A DNA stretch of 64,000 nucleotides from Octopus bimaculoides (GCF_001194135.2 NC_068982.1:153630371-153694370), one strand, 5' to 3'. Positions 25,221-39,577 are shown, counted from the stretch's first letter. Made by a program: numbers and translations. Notes: generated by a model from the sequence alone, not told the origin.

Positions 25221-25866
25221 TTATGTCAATTTTCTTGAAATCAATTTGCTGTATGACTTCATGAGGATTACAAGTAACAGTAAATTAACTATACGCTGAT
25301 TGGTTGATATGCTAGACATTCTTAAAAACATATTCTGTATTATTTTCTTAGTTATATATCTAAGCAAACTCCTATGAGCACCAGTAAAAATATTTGCCAT
25401 CAGTTTAACTATATGAAATGCTACGAAATTATTCTTTTTTTAAACAGATATCATAGTAAGCAGTATTTTGTAAATTTTGAATGCAGATAAAAATTAATTA
25501 CCATTACAATGATTTGAATAATTATAGTGATATCATTTTCCAAATACTTTTAACTATATATTATTGAAAATGGTTGAAATAAAAGACAATATAACTGACT
25601 GAAATGTGAAATAAAATATCTAATTGATTTCTTTGAAAGGGAAATATCACCTAATAACTTGTACCAACGATGTAAAAGCGGAAGGAAAGGAGAGCTAGAA
25701 CAATAGTCATCTGAGTTGGCTGTAACGATAAGAAATGACTGTGCCTATTCTAACATACTGTGACCTGTCCTGTGCTATCCAGAAATTAGATCAATGACCT
25801 TACAAATCATGAGTGCAGCACCCTAGCCATTAGAGCATTCGCTTTCACTGATAGACATACACACGT

Positions 25867-25937
<71 letters not shown>

Positions 25938-27059
25938 GCAGTCGGCTGTCTACCAAATTACACTCACAAACTATTTGTTATAAACGCTACCTCGGTAAAA
26001 GTCTTTTTACCACGTTGTGTTATTGCCGCGTTATGCGGTAGCCGGTAGTTGTGAAGATAAAGTTATTCACTACACGGGCTTACATGCTTTTGCTTTCATT
26101 TTTCTTTTATTTCTTTTGCCATTTTTGTTGACCTTCCTTTGGCTTTTCTCTAGGACTAAGTATATGTCGTAGACACTTCTTCTAATGGTACCATTGAACA
26201 TTTTGAATGTCCGTTTTATTGCATTTTATTGTTTAAAGGCATGCTCAGTTGAGGATTTTACTATTCACATGACTATGTTACAAAGGGTAGCCATATATAA
26301 TTCGTTGGTTTATTTCACATGCACAAACGAGATGAAAGGCAAACTTTACAAAGAGAAAGGTATATTTGAATACTGAATGTACTTAACTTGTTCTAACGTT
26401 GTTTGACTGTGACTAATTTCTCACAGCCTTTTGAAGTAAATAAATTTTCTTATATTTTATTCGGCTGTTCAAGACGGAAAAGCTGAGTTCACATACCTGA
26501 ACTTAGTAAATAAATAAAGCCTTTAATGAATAAATAAATAAATCGCTTAACAAATAATTCAAATTTCAGCAAATAAATAAAATTTTTACTCAACAAACAT
26601 TCAACGAGCAAATAAATAAATTATTCACTGGACAAATAAATGAATTCCAGTTAAACAAAACTCAACGCCATCTAATATTACTTCTGACGATTGCCTTGAG
26701 CTGCATACTTATGAATGATATTTCACTATATATACTCTCAAAATATATAAGCTACCTATGATAGTGCCAACTATCTTAGTATCCCTAATACTGAATAACA
26801 GCTTGTAGAAAATTGAGTGTAAAAACTAATGCTCTCTGTATCAAATCGTTCTTAACAGTATGTCACATTTAGTGTTTGTGCTCCCTTTAGAAATGTGATT
26901 GCACTGGATGTAATTTTACACTACATCTAATAGTGGGGTTTTGAGGAGAGTTGAACCACCTAGCAGTCAATCCGAAGTGTACTCTAACCCAGGCTATTAG
27001 CATCTATCAGAGTCCTAGCTAATAGTTAATTAGCATATTAAGGCTTGCCTACCTATGCA

Positions 27060-27185
27060 TGAGAAGATTGGATCCGAGTGTGCAGAAGAAATATTTACGA
27101 CTGAATGGACGGGAAGGCGGCTGAAACAACACATCGTGGAGGACAGAGAAAGATAAGTCAAGAAAGACATTTTAGTAATCCACTG
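27060..27185 (+). pseudogene. possible highly decayed Penelope GIY-YIG remnant
   Basis: ECAEE...TGRRLKQHIVED resembles C..C...YIGETGRRL.ERI.EH. Weak. Confidence 0.3.
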
Positions 27186-27423
27186 AGGCTGAAAGTGCGC
27201 AACCCTTCTTCCTTTTAAACAAATTCACAGACAAGTCATCAGTCATCCTTAAGTATTTATAAAAAGATGTTCTTCGTTACTTCGTCAGATGAAAATGACA
27301 GACGTGATTATACCCGTAGTTGTGACTGCCTAGGTCACCAAAAGGAAATGCATTTATCTCATATTCTGCTACCAATATATTGTGTTTTAAAATGCACGCA
27401 TATTTGTATACATGCACAAACGA

Positions 27424-27726
27424 GAAGTCACGTGCCTTAGTGGTTAGGGCATTCGGCTCAAGATCGTAAGGTCGTGAGTTCAATTCCCGGCGACGTGTTG
27501 TGCCCTTAAGCAAGACACTATATTTCACATTGCTCCAGTCCACTCAGCTGGCAAAAAATATCAGTAGCCTTGTCACACTCTGTGTCACGCTGAATCTCCC
27601 TGAGAACTACATCAAGGGTACACGTGTCTGTGGAGTGCTCAGCCACTTGAACATTAATTTCACGAGCAAGCTGTTCCGTTGATCGTATTAACTGGGACCT
27701 ACGTCGTCGTAACCGATGGAGTGCTC
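27424..27726 (+). mobile_element. tRNA-headed SINE family C, full length
   Basis: A box TGCCTTAGTGG, B box GAGTTCAATTCC, core CTTAAGCAAGACAC...TGCTCCAGTCCACTCAGCTG, tail CGTCGTCGTAACCGATGGAGTG. Confidence 0.92.
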
Positions 27727-27814
27727 CTACTATCTATTTGCACACACGCGCACGCGCACACACTCGCATATACACACATGTATTTCCAAATAAATTCACG
27801 TGTGTGTGTATGTA

Positions 27815-27845
<31 letters not shown>

Positions 27846-30285
27846 GTGTGTATGTTCGTGTATGTGCGCGCGTGTACTTGTGTGTGCATATAAGTATATA
27901 TATTGTGGTTTCATTTAAGGATAGCGATACTAATAAGAGCTGCTAGAATTCACAATATTTATGAATTTGGATAAAATATCTGGAAAGTGCGGAACGTAAT
28001 GTCAGTAAATAAATGGTAGAAGAATAGGAACTACGTAATTACCTTATTAGTTTACATGTTCCTGCTATAAGAAGTAACACACTCAGAGATGAGTGTTTGT
28101 ACAACTTATTAAATGCCTCCTAGGACGCTTTACGACTTTCTCTATGCTCAAAGGTGTGAACGCACTACTGTGTATAGCTAATGGGATTACAAAAGTCTTA
28201 CTCTTTTATCATTCATTAATGTTATATACCTACACACACATACACAAGAACACGCATGAACGCGCACAAAATCATATACACACAGTGACTACACGTGTGC
28301 CGTTGGCGATTTCTTTTCCTTCTTCGGACTTTTCTCTTTCTCCCTCCCGACGAAGAGCTATGCTCGAAACATCAAACTCTTTCCTTTCACTGGGAGTCAA
28401 GCTAATACATTTATTGTGCACATCCTCATGTTGTCCGTTTTTACTTGTGTTTTTATTCGATTATTTGAATTGTTTCTTTCTTTGAATTATATATATTGAG
28501 AGAGAGAGAGAGGGGGATATATCATCATCATCATCGTTTAACGTNNNNNNNNNNNNNNNNNNNNNNNNNNNNNNNNNNNNNNNNNNNNNNNNNNNNNNNN
28601 NNNNNNNNNNNNNNNNNNNNNNNNNNNNNNNNNNNNNNNNNNNNNNNNNNNNNNNNNNNNNNNNNNNNNNNNNNNNNNNNNNNNNNNNNNNNNNNNNNNN
28701 NNNNNNNNNNNNNNNNNNNNNNNNNNNNNNNNNNNNNNNNNNNNNNNNNNNNNNNNNNNNNNNNNNNNNNNNNNNNNNNNNNNNNNNNNNNNNNNNNNNN
28801 NNNNNNNNNNNNNNNNNNNNNNNNNNNNNNNNNNNNNNNNNNNNNNNNNNNNNNNNNNNNNNNNNNNNNNNNNNNNNNNNNNNNNNNNNNNNNNNNNNNN
28901 NNNNNNNNNNNNNNNNNNNNNNNNNNNNNNNNNNNNNNNNNNNNNNNNNNNNNNNNNNNNNNNNNNNNNNNNNNNNNNNNNNNNNNNNNNNNNNNNNNNN
29001 NNNNNNNNNNNNNNNNNNNNNNNNNNNNNNNNNNNNNNNNNNNNNNNNNNNNNNNNNNNNNNNNNNNNNNNNNNNNNNNNNNNNNNNNNNNNNNNNNNNN
29101 NNNNNNNNNNNNNNNNNNNNNNNNNNNNNNNNNNNNNNNNNNNNNNNNNNNNNNNNNNNNNNNNNNNNNNNNNNNNNNNNNNNNNNNNNNNNNNNNNNNN
29201 NNNNNNNNNNNNNNNNNNNNNNNNNNNNATATATATATATATATACAGGTATATACAAAGTGTTAAACGCTTATGATATACAGATTAGCAGCTCCAGCTG
29301 AAGCAATTATATTTGATGCTCCTATAATCGAATTGTTTGCGACGCGACCCCAATAATCATCGAAATCGATAAATGCCGTTCATCACTTGTTTAGTCTACA
29401 AAGAAATAAGCGAGTCTGACATGTTTGCATGTGTACACGCAGTAGTATGATTACATTAACTTTTACAAAGAAAGGTTGATAATAACTTTGATGATCCAGG
29501 TTCCTCACCGTCATCAGACTACCTGATGAAAGCAAGTAAGCTAAAACCTTGAAATCACTGTCTCCTATTTTCTTTTGTCACTTAGTTAATATGTACCCTA
29601 TTAGTGTTGAGTAAAACTTAGTTTAATGTCAAATCGTTTTTCATAATAAGCTTTGATGTAAAAACAAACATATATATTGATATGTGTGTGAGTGTGTGTG
29701 TAGTGGTGCATATAGGTACTTATATACATATATATATATATANNNNNNNNNNNNNNNNNNNNNNNNNNNNNNNNNNNNNNNNNNNNNNNNNNNNNNNNNN
29801 NNNNNNNNNNNNNNNNNNNNNNNNNNNNNNNNNNNNNNNNNNNNNNNNNNNNNNNNNNNNNNNNNNNNNNNNNNNNNNNNNNNNNNNNNNNNNNNNNNNN
29901 NNNNNNNNNNNNNNNNNNNNNNNNNNNNNNNNNNNNNNNNNNNNNNNNNNNNNNNNNNNNNNNNNNNNNNNNNNNNNNNNNNNNNNNNNNNNNNNNNNNN
30001 NNNNNNNNNNNNNNNNNNNNNNNNNNNNNNNNNNNNNNNNNNNNNNNNNNNNNNNNNNNNNNNNNNNNNNNNNNNNNNNNNNNNNNNNNNNNNNNNNNNN
30101 NNNNNNNNNNNNNNNNNNNNNNNNNNNNNNNNNNNNNNNNNNNNNNNNNNNNNNNNNNNNNNNNNNNNNNNNNNNNNNNNNNNNNNNNNNNNNNNNNNNN
30201 NNNNNNNNNNNNNNNNNNNNNNNNNNNNNNNNNNNNNNNNNNNNNNNNNNNNNNNNNNNNNNNNNNNNNNNNNNNNNNNNNNNNN

Positions 30286-30321
<36 letters not shown>

Positions 30322-33300
30322 TCTATGTATGTAGCGTTCGTCCTGTAAAAACTTCTGTATCTTCTGAGCTCATCATTACGATGTCTATAACTACTTGCCA
30401 TGTCGTGAGATATGTTAGCCGGCAATTTGTATCGTTATAATAAATCAGTGGATAACGATTTCCGATCTACATTATTTTTAATATGTACAGTTTAAGAGTT
30501 ATTTGAAAGCAAATTAAGACATATTAAGCTTTGTGGCCGAATATATCCCGAAGTTCTTACAACCATTGTTAAAACTTCACTTTCTACTTATCCATTGGTA
30601 AATTAATTTCAAGCAGAATAAGACGAAATCTTTCAGTTCCAGCAAGATGAAGCTCTAGATAGTGACACACATTGCCGTATGATTTGGTCAGATGTAACAC
30701 TTCAATTAGGTTTCATAATATATCACACCTTATACTAAATACAGTTAGCTTTAAGGTAGATCAATTTAATGTAAGTTACTGTCCTCTGTATTACATATGT
30801 TGGAGATGTTTAAACTAGGTAATTTTCCGCGTCTGTCAAAAACAAAAAAGAACAATAGAGAAAATATCTAAAAAATAAGAATTGACTTTTGAAACACCAA
30901 AAGACAAATTATATTCAATAGTGTTTATTAATGTGCAAACAGCAGACAAAATGAAACAACTGGTCTCGCCATCGTAAACATTGTTCGAATGATTATATTT
31001 GATTGTTTTCTACAAAATACATCAAATCTAATCTATAAAATCCTGAAACTTTTGATGACAGCTGAGGTCGATTTTCGTTAATGGTTACTTTGAGGAGTCA
31101 ATATCGAGAGACCAGATTTTTATACATTTACATACTTTAGAAGTTGAAATCTGATTTAGCTAATATGTTCAATATCTTTATCCGAACACTGCAAAAGGAT
31201 ATTCCCAGTGTTTGGCAGTGTGACAAACGTAAAATATTTTAAATTGTCGTCAATTCCCAAACTAAAAAATTGTATTGTTCAGTTTTATGCAAATATAACA
31301 GATATCAGTAAAGTATAATCAGAATAAATAATTTATTGAACTTGTTTATTTTAAACCGAAATCTTAAAAGAAATTCACGAAATTGTCACTCGCATTTAAT
31401 ATGTTACACGTTGGTGTAAATCATTTCCTTTGCCGCTTATTTTCTTTGCAACGGGCCCATAATCATTCATTATGCTAAATAGGTTTGTTTCCTAGTCATG
31501 AATATACATGCAACACTGAAACCTACGTTCCTCTCCTATTTATATAGAAAAAGATTTACAAAAAAAAAAAAAATTACTGAAAACCTAAATCAGAGTTACT
31601 GACGAGATAATTACATACAATTATGAAAGTAGTAAGTCAGTATCTAAAGCAATCTATATAACAGCAAGGTTACATGTTAGCATCTCAAAAACAAAAAACA
31701 AAAAGGTCAATATCTTATTCTTTTTTTTACAATGGCGCATGTAATTTTTGGTAGACATTGTACAAATCATTCATTACAACTTAGTATACCAATAGAATGA
31801 AGTGCTTTAAGTGTAGATAATGTTTGTGATTCGAAACAAGAATGTTGCATATTCAAAATAACAAAATAATTCGTGTTCCCGAAACAGAAAATAATTTGTG
31901 CAATTAATTGTCACCCATACTGTACTTACCTCAGCATCCATTCAGATTTCCATTCCTTGCAATGCTTTTTCTTTCTACAGCCTTCACCCTACGACTATTC
32001 ATGTTGAACATTAACCGTATCAATCTCACAGGACATGAAGGATGTACTCAAGGAATGATTACCTTCTTTTTTTTTTTTTTTTGAAACCAAACAAATACAG
32101 AAAATAAATGCTGTACAGCTAAATAGATCTGAGACATTCGTAATAGGTACCAGAACATCAGAAACTAAATTGGTGAGATATTCGTCTGAACTCTAGGCAT
32201 TCCTTCACGAAGATTAACAGTTTATGATAATTTTATCATTAAAATGTATGTAACTATTGCAATTACTGTTGTTTTTGTTATTAATGTTTTGTCATACGTG
32301 TGATCTTGCAAACAAATTATTAAAAGCATTGCAGCCGTATTCGGTTAATCTTTTGGAGAGTATCTTAGAGTATATCATCTAATATATCTTTTAATGTTTA
32401 AGGCGTTAGAATGTGATATGAAGTAGAATTGACAGTTAATTATAGCCGGTCTAGCAAACCGAACGTGCAGCGGTTCCCTCACTCAATTGCAGATATACTG
32501 TTCTCATAAACGGTTCCTTGATGTCTCAAGTTAATTATTGAAGAACGATTAACAATTCTCAAACGCAGTCCATAAATTAGAAAATAATTATTCGAAGTTC
32601 GTTATTCGAATATAGATACTGGATGAAATTCCCAGCATGATGGCCTACCGACTGAGAATTAACATTGCTATCTAATCAGCAATGTTGTACTGAACTGATG
32701 GCCACATTAGTTAGCTTTCACCATTTTATAGTATGTTTCTAAAAGTTTATTCCCGTCACTCAGTGTCTTTCTATGTGCAAAACCTACACAGTTCTCTAAG
32801 ATAAAACGACATGAATATATTAGATTTCATTAGCCTCTTCTGAATTCCTGATCGCTGATATTCAAGCTATATATTTATTAATGTAATCTATGACTGTTTT
32901 TTCCAGTAAGATTTCCTAAATAAAAAAAAAACAGATGGGTTATGGTTGCACGTGTGACTATGAGTAGATATACTTCTTCGCAAATTACGAGTTAAGAAAC
33001 CCAATCCTAGTTTAAAATTTATCTAGACTAAGTGCATTCTACGTTAACCTTCGTATCCACCAAAGAACTGTGAATGAAAGTTGAGTTATGGAAATTTCGT
33101 GGAAGACAACGCCGAGACTGCTTTTGTTCTTTCGTTGAACACTTAACACAACCATCTGGCGCACAGAAGCTTTCAGAGGACACCACTCAATTGCAAATAT
33201 TCAGGTAATGTCTGAGCACAACAAGCCGCTTTTCAAAAATCTTGGAGATCCTGGAGAGTCCCATGGGTACTACTCTTCTTCTGATTAATCCATGAAACTA

Positions 33301-33692
33301 TACATAAAGAGTCATATAAAACACTAAAGACTGAATACTGTCAACTAATTTAATAGCGTTAGATAAAATTTTATTTGCTAAACTTTTAACTTAGATGGAG
33401 AAACGGGGTCGTGACTCTTTGTGAATTTGAACATTTCAGGAAACTTATTTAACTTTTTGCAGTTGTAGCTGTCTTCAAAAGCGACTTGATGTAGTATTTT
33501 GTTGAAACCAAAGCAATTACATCGTAGACGGAATATTCTCTTCATTTCGTAACACACGAAACTGTTAAATTCAATTAAAATTAATTTCCTGAGGCATCAA
33601 ATCTTTCGTCTTGTAACATCAACCCGATCACTAACAGTTTCGTACAACTGTAAGTAACACCACGGATCTGGGGGTACTATATGTATGTGTAT

Positions 33693-33765
<73 letters not shown>

Positions 33766-33990
33766 TGTGTGTGTCTGTGTCTGTCTGTTTGTCTGTCTGT
33801 CTGTTTGTGTCTGTGCGTACGCGCGAGTGCGTGAGTCTGTGTGTATGTTCGATCTTACTTTCGCGGCGATGAAAGTATTAGTCGGTCACAGAACAAACGC
33901 TTTATATCAGCCCTTTAGCACGAGAGATTTCAAGAAACACATAAGATAATGGGAATGCTGGGAAATCGATTTCAGGATTCGTCTGATTTG

Positions 33991-34245
33991 TATTGTCTTG
34001 AGTGAAGAGTTTTGCAATTTTTAGTAACTTATTTGCTTTATTCATCAAGTGACAACAAAAGCAGTAAGCCATCATGTTGCACTGCCTGAGGCCACCTTTT
34101 CTGCCAATTCGTTGATTCCACGCTGACACCAGTTCTCGCCCTTTCGCGGCGAAGAACTTCTATACTTAAGCTTCCACCTCCTCTTGAGTGATGAAGAGTC
34201 GGGAGCACAGGACATGAGCTAGGGATCGGAGCAGGTAATAAACCG
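33991..34245 (-). mobile_element. mariner 3' end (C-terminus plus putative TIR), minus strand
   Basis: Minus frames read YYLLRSLAHVLCSRLFITQEEVEA*V*KFFAAK, then RGINELAE, then RWPQAVQHDGL. Putative TIR TATTGTCTTGAGTGAAGAGTTTTGCAATTTT at 33991. Confidence 0.75.
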
Positions 34246-34757
34246 GAGATAATTTTCCTCAATCCGAACGTGCATCAGTAGTGGCTAAGCTAGGTTCAGC
34301 GTCTAGAACCTGTCGCCGAACATGAGTGTTTCGAACAGAATCTGATGCTCTACTTCTGGTAGAATCATGAGGAGATAATTCACTTCGAATTCTTTTCAGA
34401 CGAACAGCTGGTACGGATCTATGCCATTGGGCGGCAAATATACCCAACATTGGTTATCGGAGAGCTAGCCGTTCTGCATCAAGATAATGAATGACCTGCT
34501 GCCACACAAACGACCCGGAATAACCTCCAGGGACATGAGAGTAGCGAACTAATGCATATATTCCGAACCTAGCTTCCTTGGATTAATACGTGTTCTGATC
34601 CATGGCTCACTTCCTGCTCTTGCGATGCTTCATTAATCAAGCGGCGGTGGAAGTTTCAGTGAATGAGTTCTTCGCCTTGAATTAGGGAGGAATCAAAGAA
34701 CTGGCAAAAAGGTAACTTCAGAGGATACAACGCAATGGCCTCTAGGTTGAATACTAG
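34246..34757 (+). mobile_element. mariner transposase catalytic-domain remnant, plus strand
   Basis: LMLYFW*NHEEIIHFE...QLVRIYA...YPTLV...LHQDNE*P...AYIPNLASLD*YVF*SMAHFL...EFFA...GIKELAKR*LQRIQRNGL*VEY*. These match mariner VWWN, QDNARPH and YSPDLAPSDY motifs. Confidence 0.88.
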
Positions 34758-35918
34758 GCTTTTTTTTTTTTTTTTTGCAACTAGACGAATAAAGTAAATA
34801 AGTTACCAAAATATTCCGAATGGATGAAGGGTAAAGTCGATACACAGAGTCAAACAAATTGTCCAAAGCATTCTGTCTAACTCTGTAACGATTGTATATG
34901 TCTGTATAGATATGGTGATAGAACTGTATATAACTAGATAAAGTGCCCTTAATTCATGTCCCACAAACGAATCTATATGGTAAGAATGATATTCAAAACG
35001 GAAAAAGCCAAACTCCAGCCTACCAGCAGAAAATAGTTACCTGCATCGCTATACTTTTGATAGATGTATATGCATGTATAAAATCGCTTTTAGTTCATTT
35101 CTTTTCCATCTACATAGTATTGTAAAGAGACTAAATCTCGGTATTAATCTATGCATGAAATTATTGATTACCTTCTGGTTACGTTACTTAAGATGCATTC
35201 ATATATAAAATGGCAAAGTACCAAATTTATGTGCCATCATAGATATGAAATTCTGACTTTCATATTAACCTCGTAAAATTATAGCTGTGCAGGGTTGCAC
35301 CCACACTCCATATGAAATAGAAGCTTTATTTAAAATATTCTTTCGGAGTTGAACTGATTTAAAATAGCGGAATTACAGACAAAACTCTCTCTGGAATATT
35401 AAGGGCATTATGGAGTATTTAAAATTGAATATTGCCAACGGAGTTAATATCATGTGTCAAACATCATTTACCTTAAAGAAGTAATTTATAACATCTAAAT
35501 TACAAGATGCGACAGGTTTCTCATTCTTTCCCAAATACCTTTTCTCGAAAGGATATTAATATTTATATTCAGGCTTACATTGTATACAATATATAACCTT
35601 ATGGTTAGAATGAAAAACGGGGATGCCTCATCAATAACACATACTAAGCATGCATAAGAAAAGAGCGGGACTCTAGTACAACTTACATTAAAATAAATCA
35701 TATACCTTGTATTTATTAAGTCCATAGTATAAATTCCACAAACAAAAACGGTCATTCGTTGATTGATGTCCCATTTTGAATTTTGTAAAAAATCAGATTT
35801 CAGTAATGTCTTCCTTTCTTTAACTAATCTCTTTCATTTCTTTAGTTTTTATTTTCCACGAAAGCGCGCACATATACACCCAAACATGCAGATTCACACA
35901 TAAGCGCGGCGCGCGCAT

Positions 35919-35966
<48 letters not shown>

Positions 35967-36114
35967 TCACACACACGTACACACGCACACGTACAGAAGC
36001 TGCGTGGCATATTTGAGGACACTTAACTAATCAGTACATTACTTTCGTCTAGCCGATTAAACGTTTTTTTTTTTATTTATTTGTTTCAGATCCCCGAGGG
36101 GAGATAAAATACTA

Positions 36115-37406
36115 ACAGAAGAAATAAAATTACATTGTTCTATGTGTAGAACATAACGATTCAGAAACTGCCGTCGCAAGATATTATGTACACAAAGTGC
36201 CAATAAATTGGAAGCCTTTCCGGGATTGTTTTATCTGTATCAATGACAAAACTTATTCTAAACCGTCGGATACAATACGTGTACCGCAATTTATCCAGCG
36301 GAATCAAAACATCGATAATGATCCCGGAAAATCAATGATATTCCTCGCCAAAGAACTTCAAGTACCGAGTTACAGAATTGTAGAGTACAAAAATAATCGA
36401 CACGATTCGTATGTGCTGAAGAGAAGTCAATTTGTCTGTAACGACATTACGAAGCAAATATTCAACAAGGTGGAAAACCCTCATAAACATGCCATGTTTG
36501 GTTCTTTTCTGATGAGAATACAAATCTTTGGCTAAGACCAAATGTCTAACAGAAATCTATGTGCAGATCCGTCTGTGATGAGTAACGGTCATGTTGTGCC
36601 CCCCCCCCCAGGGACTCCTCCAATTAATGCTGCTAGATACATTTATGTGCTGGATATATATTTGTTAAGCTCTGGAGGGTGGAGGCGCAATGGCCCAATG
36701 GTTAGGGCAGCGAACTCGCGGTCATAGGATCGCAGTTTCGATTCCCAGACCGAGCGTTGTGAGTGTTTATTGAGCGAATACACCTAAAGCCCCACGAGGC
36801 TCCTGCAGGGGATAGTGGCGAACCCTGCTGTACTCTTCCACCACAACTTTCTCTCACTCTTGCTTCTTGTTTCTGTTGTGCTTGTAATTCAAAGGGTCAG
36901 CCTTGTCACACTGTGTCACGCTGAATATCCCCCGAGAACTACGTTAAGGGTACACGTGTCTGTGGATTGCTCAGCCACTTGCACGTTAATTTCACGAGCA
37001 ATCTGTTCCGTTGATCGGATCAACTGGAACCCTCGACGTCGTAAGCGACGGAGTGCCAACACAAACAAGCTCTGGAGGGATGAAGTATGCAGTGGAAGGT
37101 CATACGTGTTTCAGTAAGAGACAGCACCTTCTCATAATTTCCTCGTAATTTAACAATGTATGTCACACAAGATTAACGATCATGTTACACCAAACTTGTG
37201 ACTCAAAATTGGCCAGATTTAAATCCCATAGAAAGACTAAAACAAAGACTAATCGACATACGCATACTACCATAGCTTCGCTGAAGGATGATACTGTCCA
37301 GGTGATAATGTGCAGAATTAATGGAGAACATTTAGTACAGGCATGTAAATAATTCCGGTCCTTCATTAAAGCTGTGACCGAAGTTGGAGGTGAATTTATA
37401 AAATAA
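36115..37406 (+). mobile_element. Tc1/mariner DD37D (maT)-like transposase pseudogene interrupted by a SINE
   Basis: IDNDPGKSMIFLAKELQV...SYVLKRSQF...WFFSDE...SNGHVVPP...INAARYI.VL..FVKLW | RDEVCSGRSYVFQ*ETAPSH...PDLNPIE...ACK*FRSFIKAVTEVGGEFIK*. Confidence 0.88.
36680..37066 (+). mobile_element. tRNA-headed SINE family B, full length, with 13-bp TSD
   Basis: A box TGGCCCAATGG, B-like GTTTCGATTCCC. TSD AAGCTCTGGAGGG at 36667-36679 and 37067-37079. Confidence 0.95.
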
Positions 37407-38594
37407 TCTTATTAGAAAGCTTTATAAAAATGTGCGCAATTTTTATTAGAGTGCATGTGATCGTCATTTGTAACCTAAAGAAACACACAATACGAGAAGC
37501 TTGAAGAAGCAACAGAGTAAATCCTCAACCTCAACACTAAAACACATATGCATGCGCATACTCACTGTGAAGTAAAAACGAAAGAGGATATAGAAATTGA
37601 GTTGCTGAAAGAAACTCCGAAACAGATCGATCGTCATTCAGCAATGTAAACGAATTACCTAAAAAGAAAACATATTCCTCTTGTGGTAAAGAGATACACC
37701 TTTGCTATCACTGATACTTTACTGTCCTGCCTTCTTGTAACCAAATCACCTAATTCAACAACTCATATTCACAAAGATTTTTTTTTCTTTCCACGACAAA
37801 TGTATATGACCAGTTTTGCCATTGCATGTTTTTTGCTACTGTAGTTGCTTGGTTGATTTCACTGCATGTCAACTACTAGGATTCTAGCCAAGACATTCCA
37901 GAAATGGTGTTTCCTTCTTTTCAAATATATTTTATATAAATACACGATGTACAAATAATTATCCAATATGACTTGCTTTTGTTAATACGAGAGGATGTCA
38001 TTTTAGAGAACTTAAGTAATTATTTCAATACAATCGAATAACCGCTTAAATGTTATTATCAGAGATCCGAGAGAGATTTCGTTAGTTATATCCAATGGCT
38101 TAAAATTCCGACAATGTTATTTAAAAGTATTTCGGGTGATATTTTCGTAAGACAAGGCACACCATACAGTTTCTCTCATGCTATTCGTCGGAAATTTCAC
38201 TTATTATTTCTAGGAGGTCGAGCTAGCGGTTGAGGCATCCCTCCGTTGGTTCAAGTAATCCATTGGAAAAAAACATGTCAATTTATGTTTTACTTTGATG
38301 TTTGTAAAATATATCTATGTAATAAAATATATCGATATAATATTTGTTAACACAGAATAAATAAATAAAAAATTACTGAAACAGTATGTTCGGATTTCAG
38401 TAAGAAATTATATTGTTTTATTTTCTTTCATTTTCTTCAAAAACTCGATTTTTTCTTTTATTCCTGGAAATAGCTATGTGCATGGATACATATATATCTG
38501 TATTAGGAAATCACGTTTTAGTAACAATACAAATTAAATACATCAGATTATATGCGTGTCCCTGCTTATACGTATATGTACATCTCTCTGTCTT

Positions 38595-38663
<69 letters not shown>

Positions 38664-39330
38664 GTGTGTGTGTTCAATTGGATTAATATCGTTTTTACAT
38701 AGCGAACAGAAAGCAATATACATTTCATTTTGTTTATCCACTACGTGGTTTAGAATATATCAAGTTCCACAGCAAGTAGAGTGTAAAGGGTGATATTTGT
38801 AATAGTATGTGTAAATAATAAACATATTTGATGCGCACAGGAAATGTTCGAATGTATTTTGTTTTTAAGAAAATGCCAAATGGTTGATAAAAAAGAAATT
38901 ACAAATGCAACGTGTTTAATACATTACAATGTCTGTTAGATAAACATAGAAAAATAACACTGAAACAAAAGCAAAATATATGAGGAGAACAAAGAGACAT
39001 AGAACTGCTGACTGTCAAGTAGCGCCTATTAGCAAGAGGAAAATCACGATTTTTAATTTTGGGAGGGGCTTAAACTAAGCTAACAATCTGACTTTATAAA
39101 CTTAGCGCCAAAGCTCAATATGGTTTCTCATAGGTGAACAACAACCCATGGAATTACTGCATAGAACCAATCGACGACAAGCTGAGTGAGCAATTATGCA
39201 TTCAGTCACTCCTATCAGCAAAACAGAAGTCGAACTAATGACGTTATTACAATTAACTTGGCCCGACATTGGGAGAAATTTGACTAATGACGTCATACAA
39301 AATATCCAGTCGTTTTATATATGTATTCTT

Positions 39331-39577
39331 TTATTCCTTTACTTGTTTCAGTCATTTGATTGTGGCCATGTTGGAACTCTGCCTTGAAGGGTTTTAGTCG
39401 AAGAAATCGTCCCCAGGACTTATTCACTTTAAGCCTAGTACTTATTCTATCGGACCTTTTGCCGATCCGCTAATTTTGCGGGGTCATAAAAACACTAGCA
39501 ACGGTTGTCAAGCGTTGGTGGTCGGACAAACACAGACGCAAAAACACACACACATAAATATATGCACACACACACAC
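39331..39577 (-). mobile_element. SINE family A 3' half
   Basis: Reverse complement of the family A tail, running into (CA)n and a gap. Confidence 0.85.

Noticed and set aside
31921-32060. Minus-strand exon ending at a perfect GAG|GTAAGT donor (31930)
   Set aside because: There is no convincing acceptor, and the reading frames contain stops.
34259-34450. Minus-strand ORF MLGIFAAQW... as a protein
   Set aside because: It is the antisense of the plus-strand mariner remnant, which matches family motifs far better.
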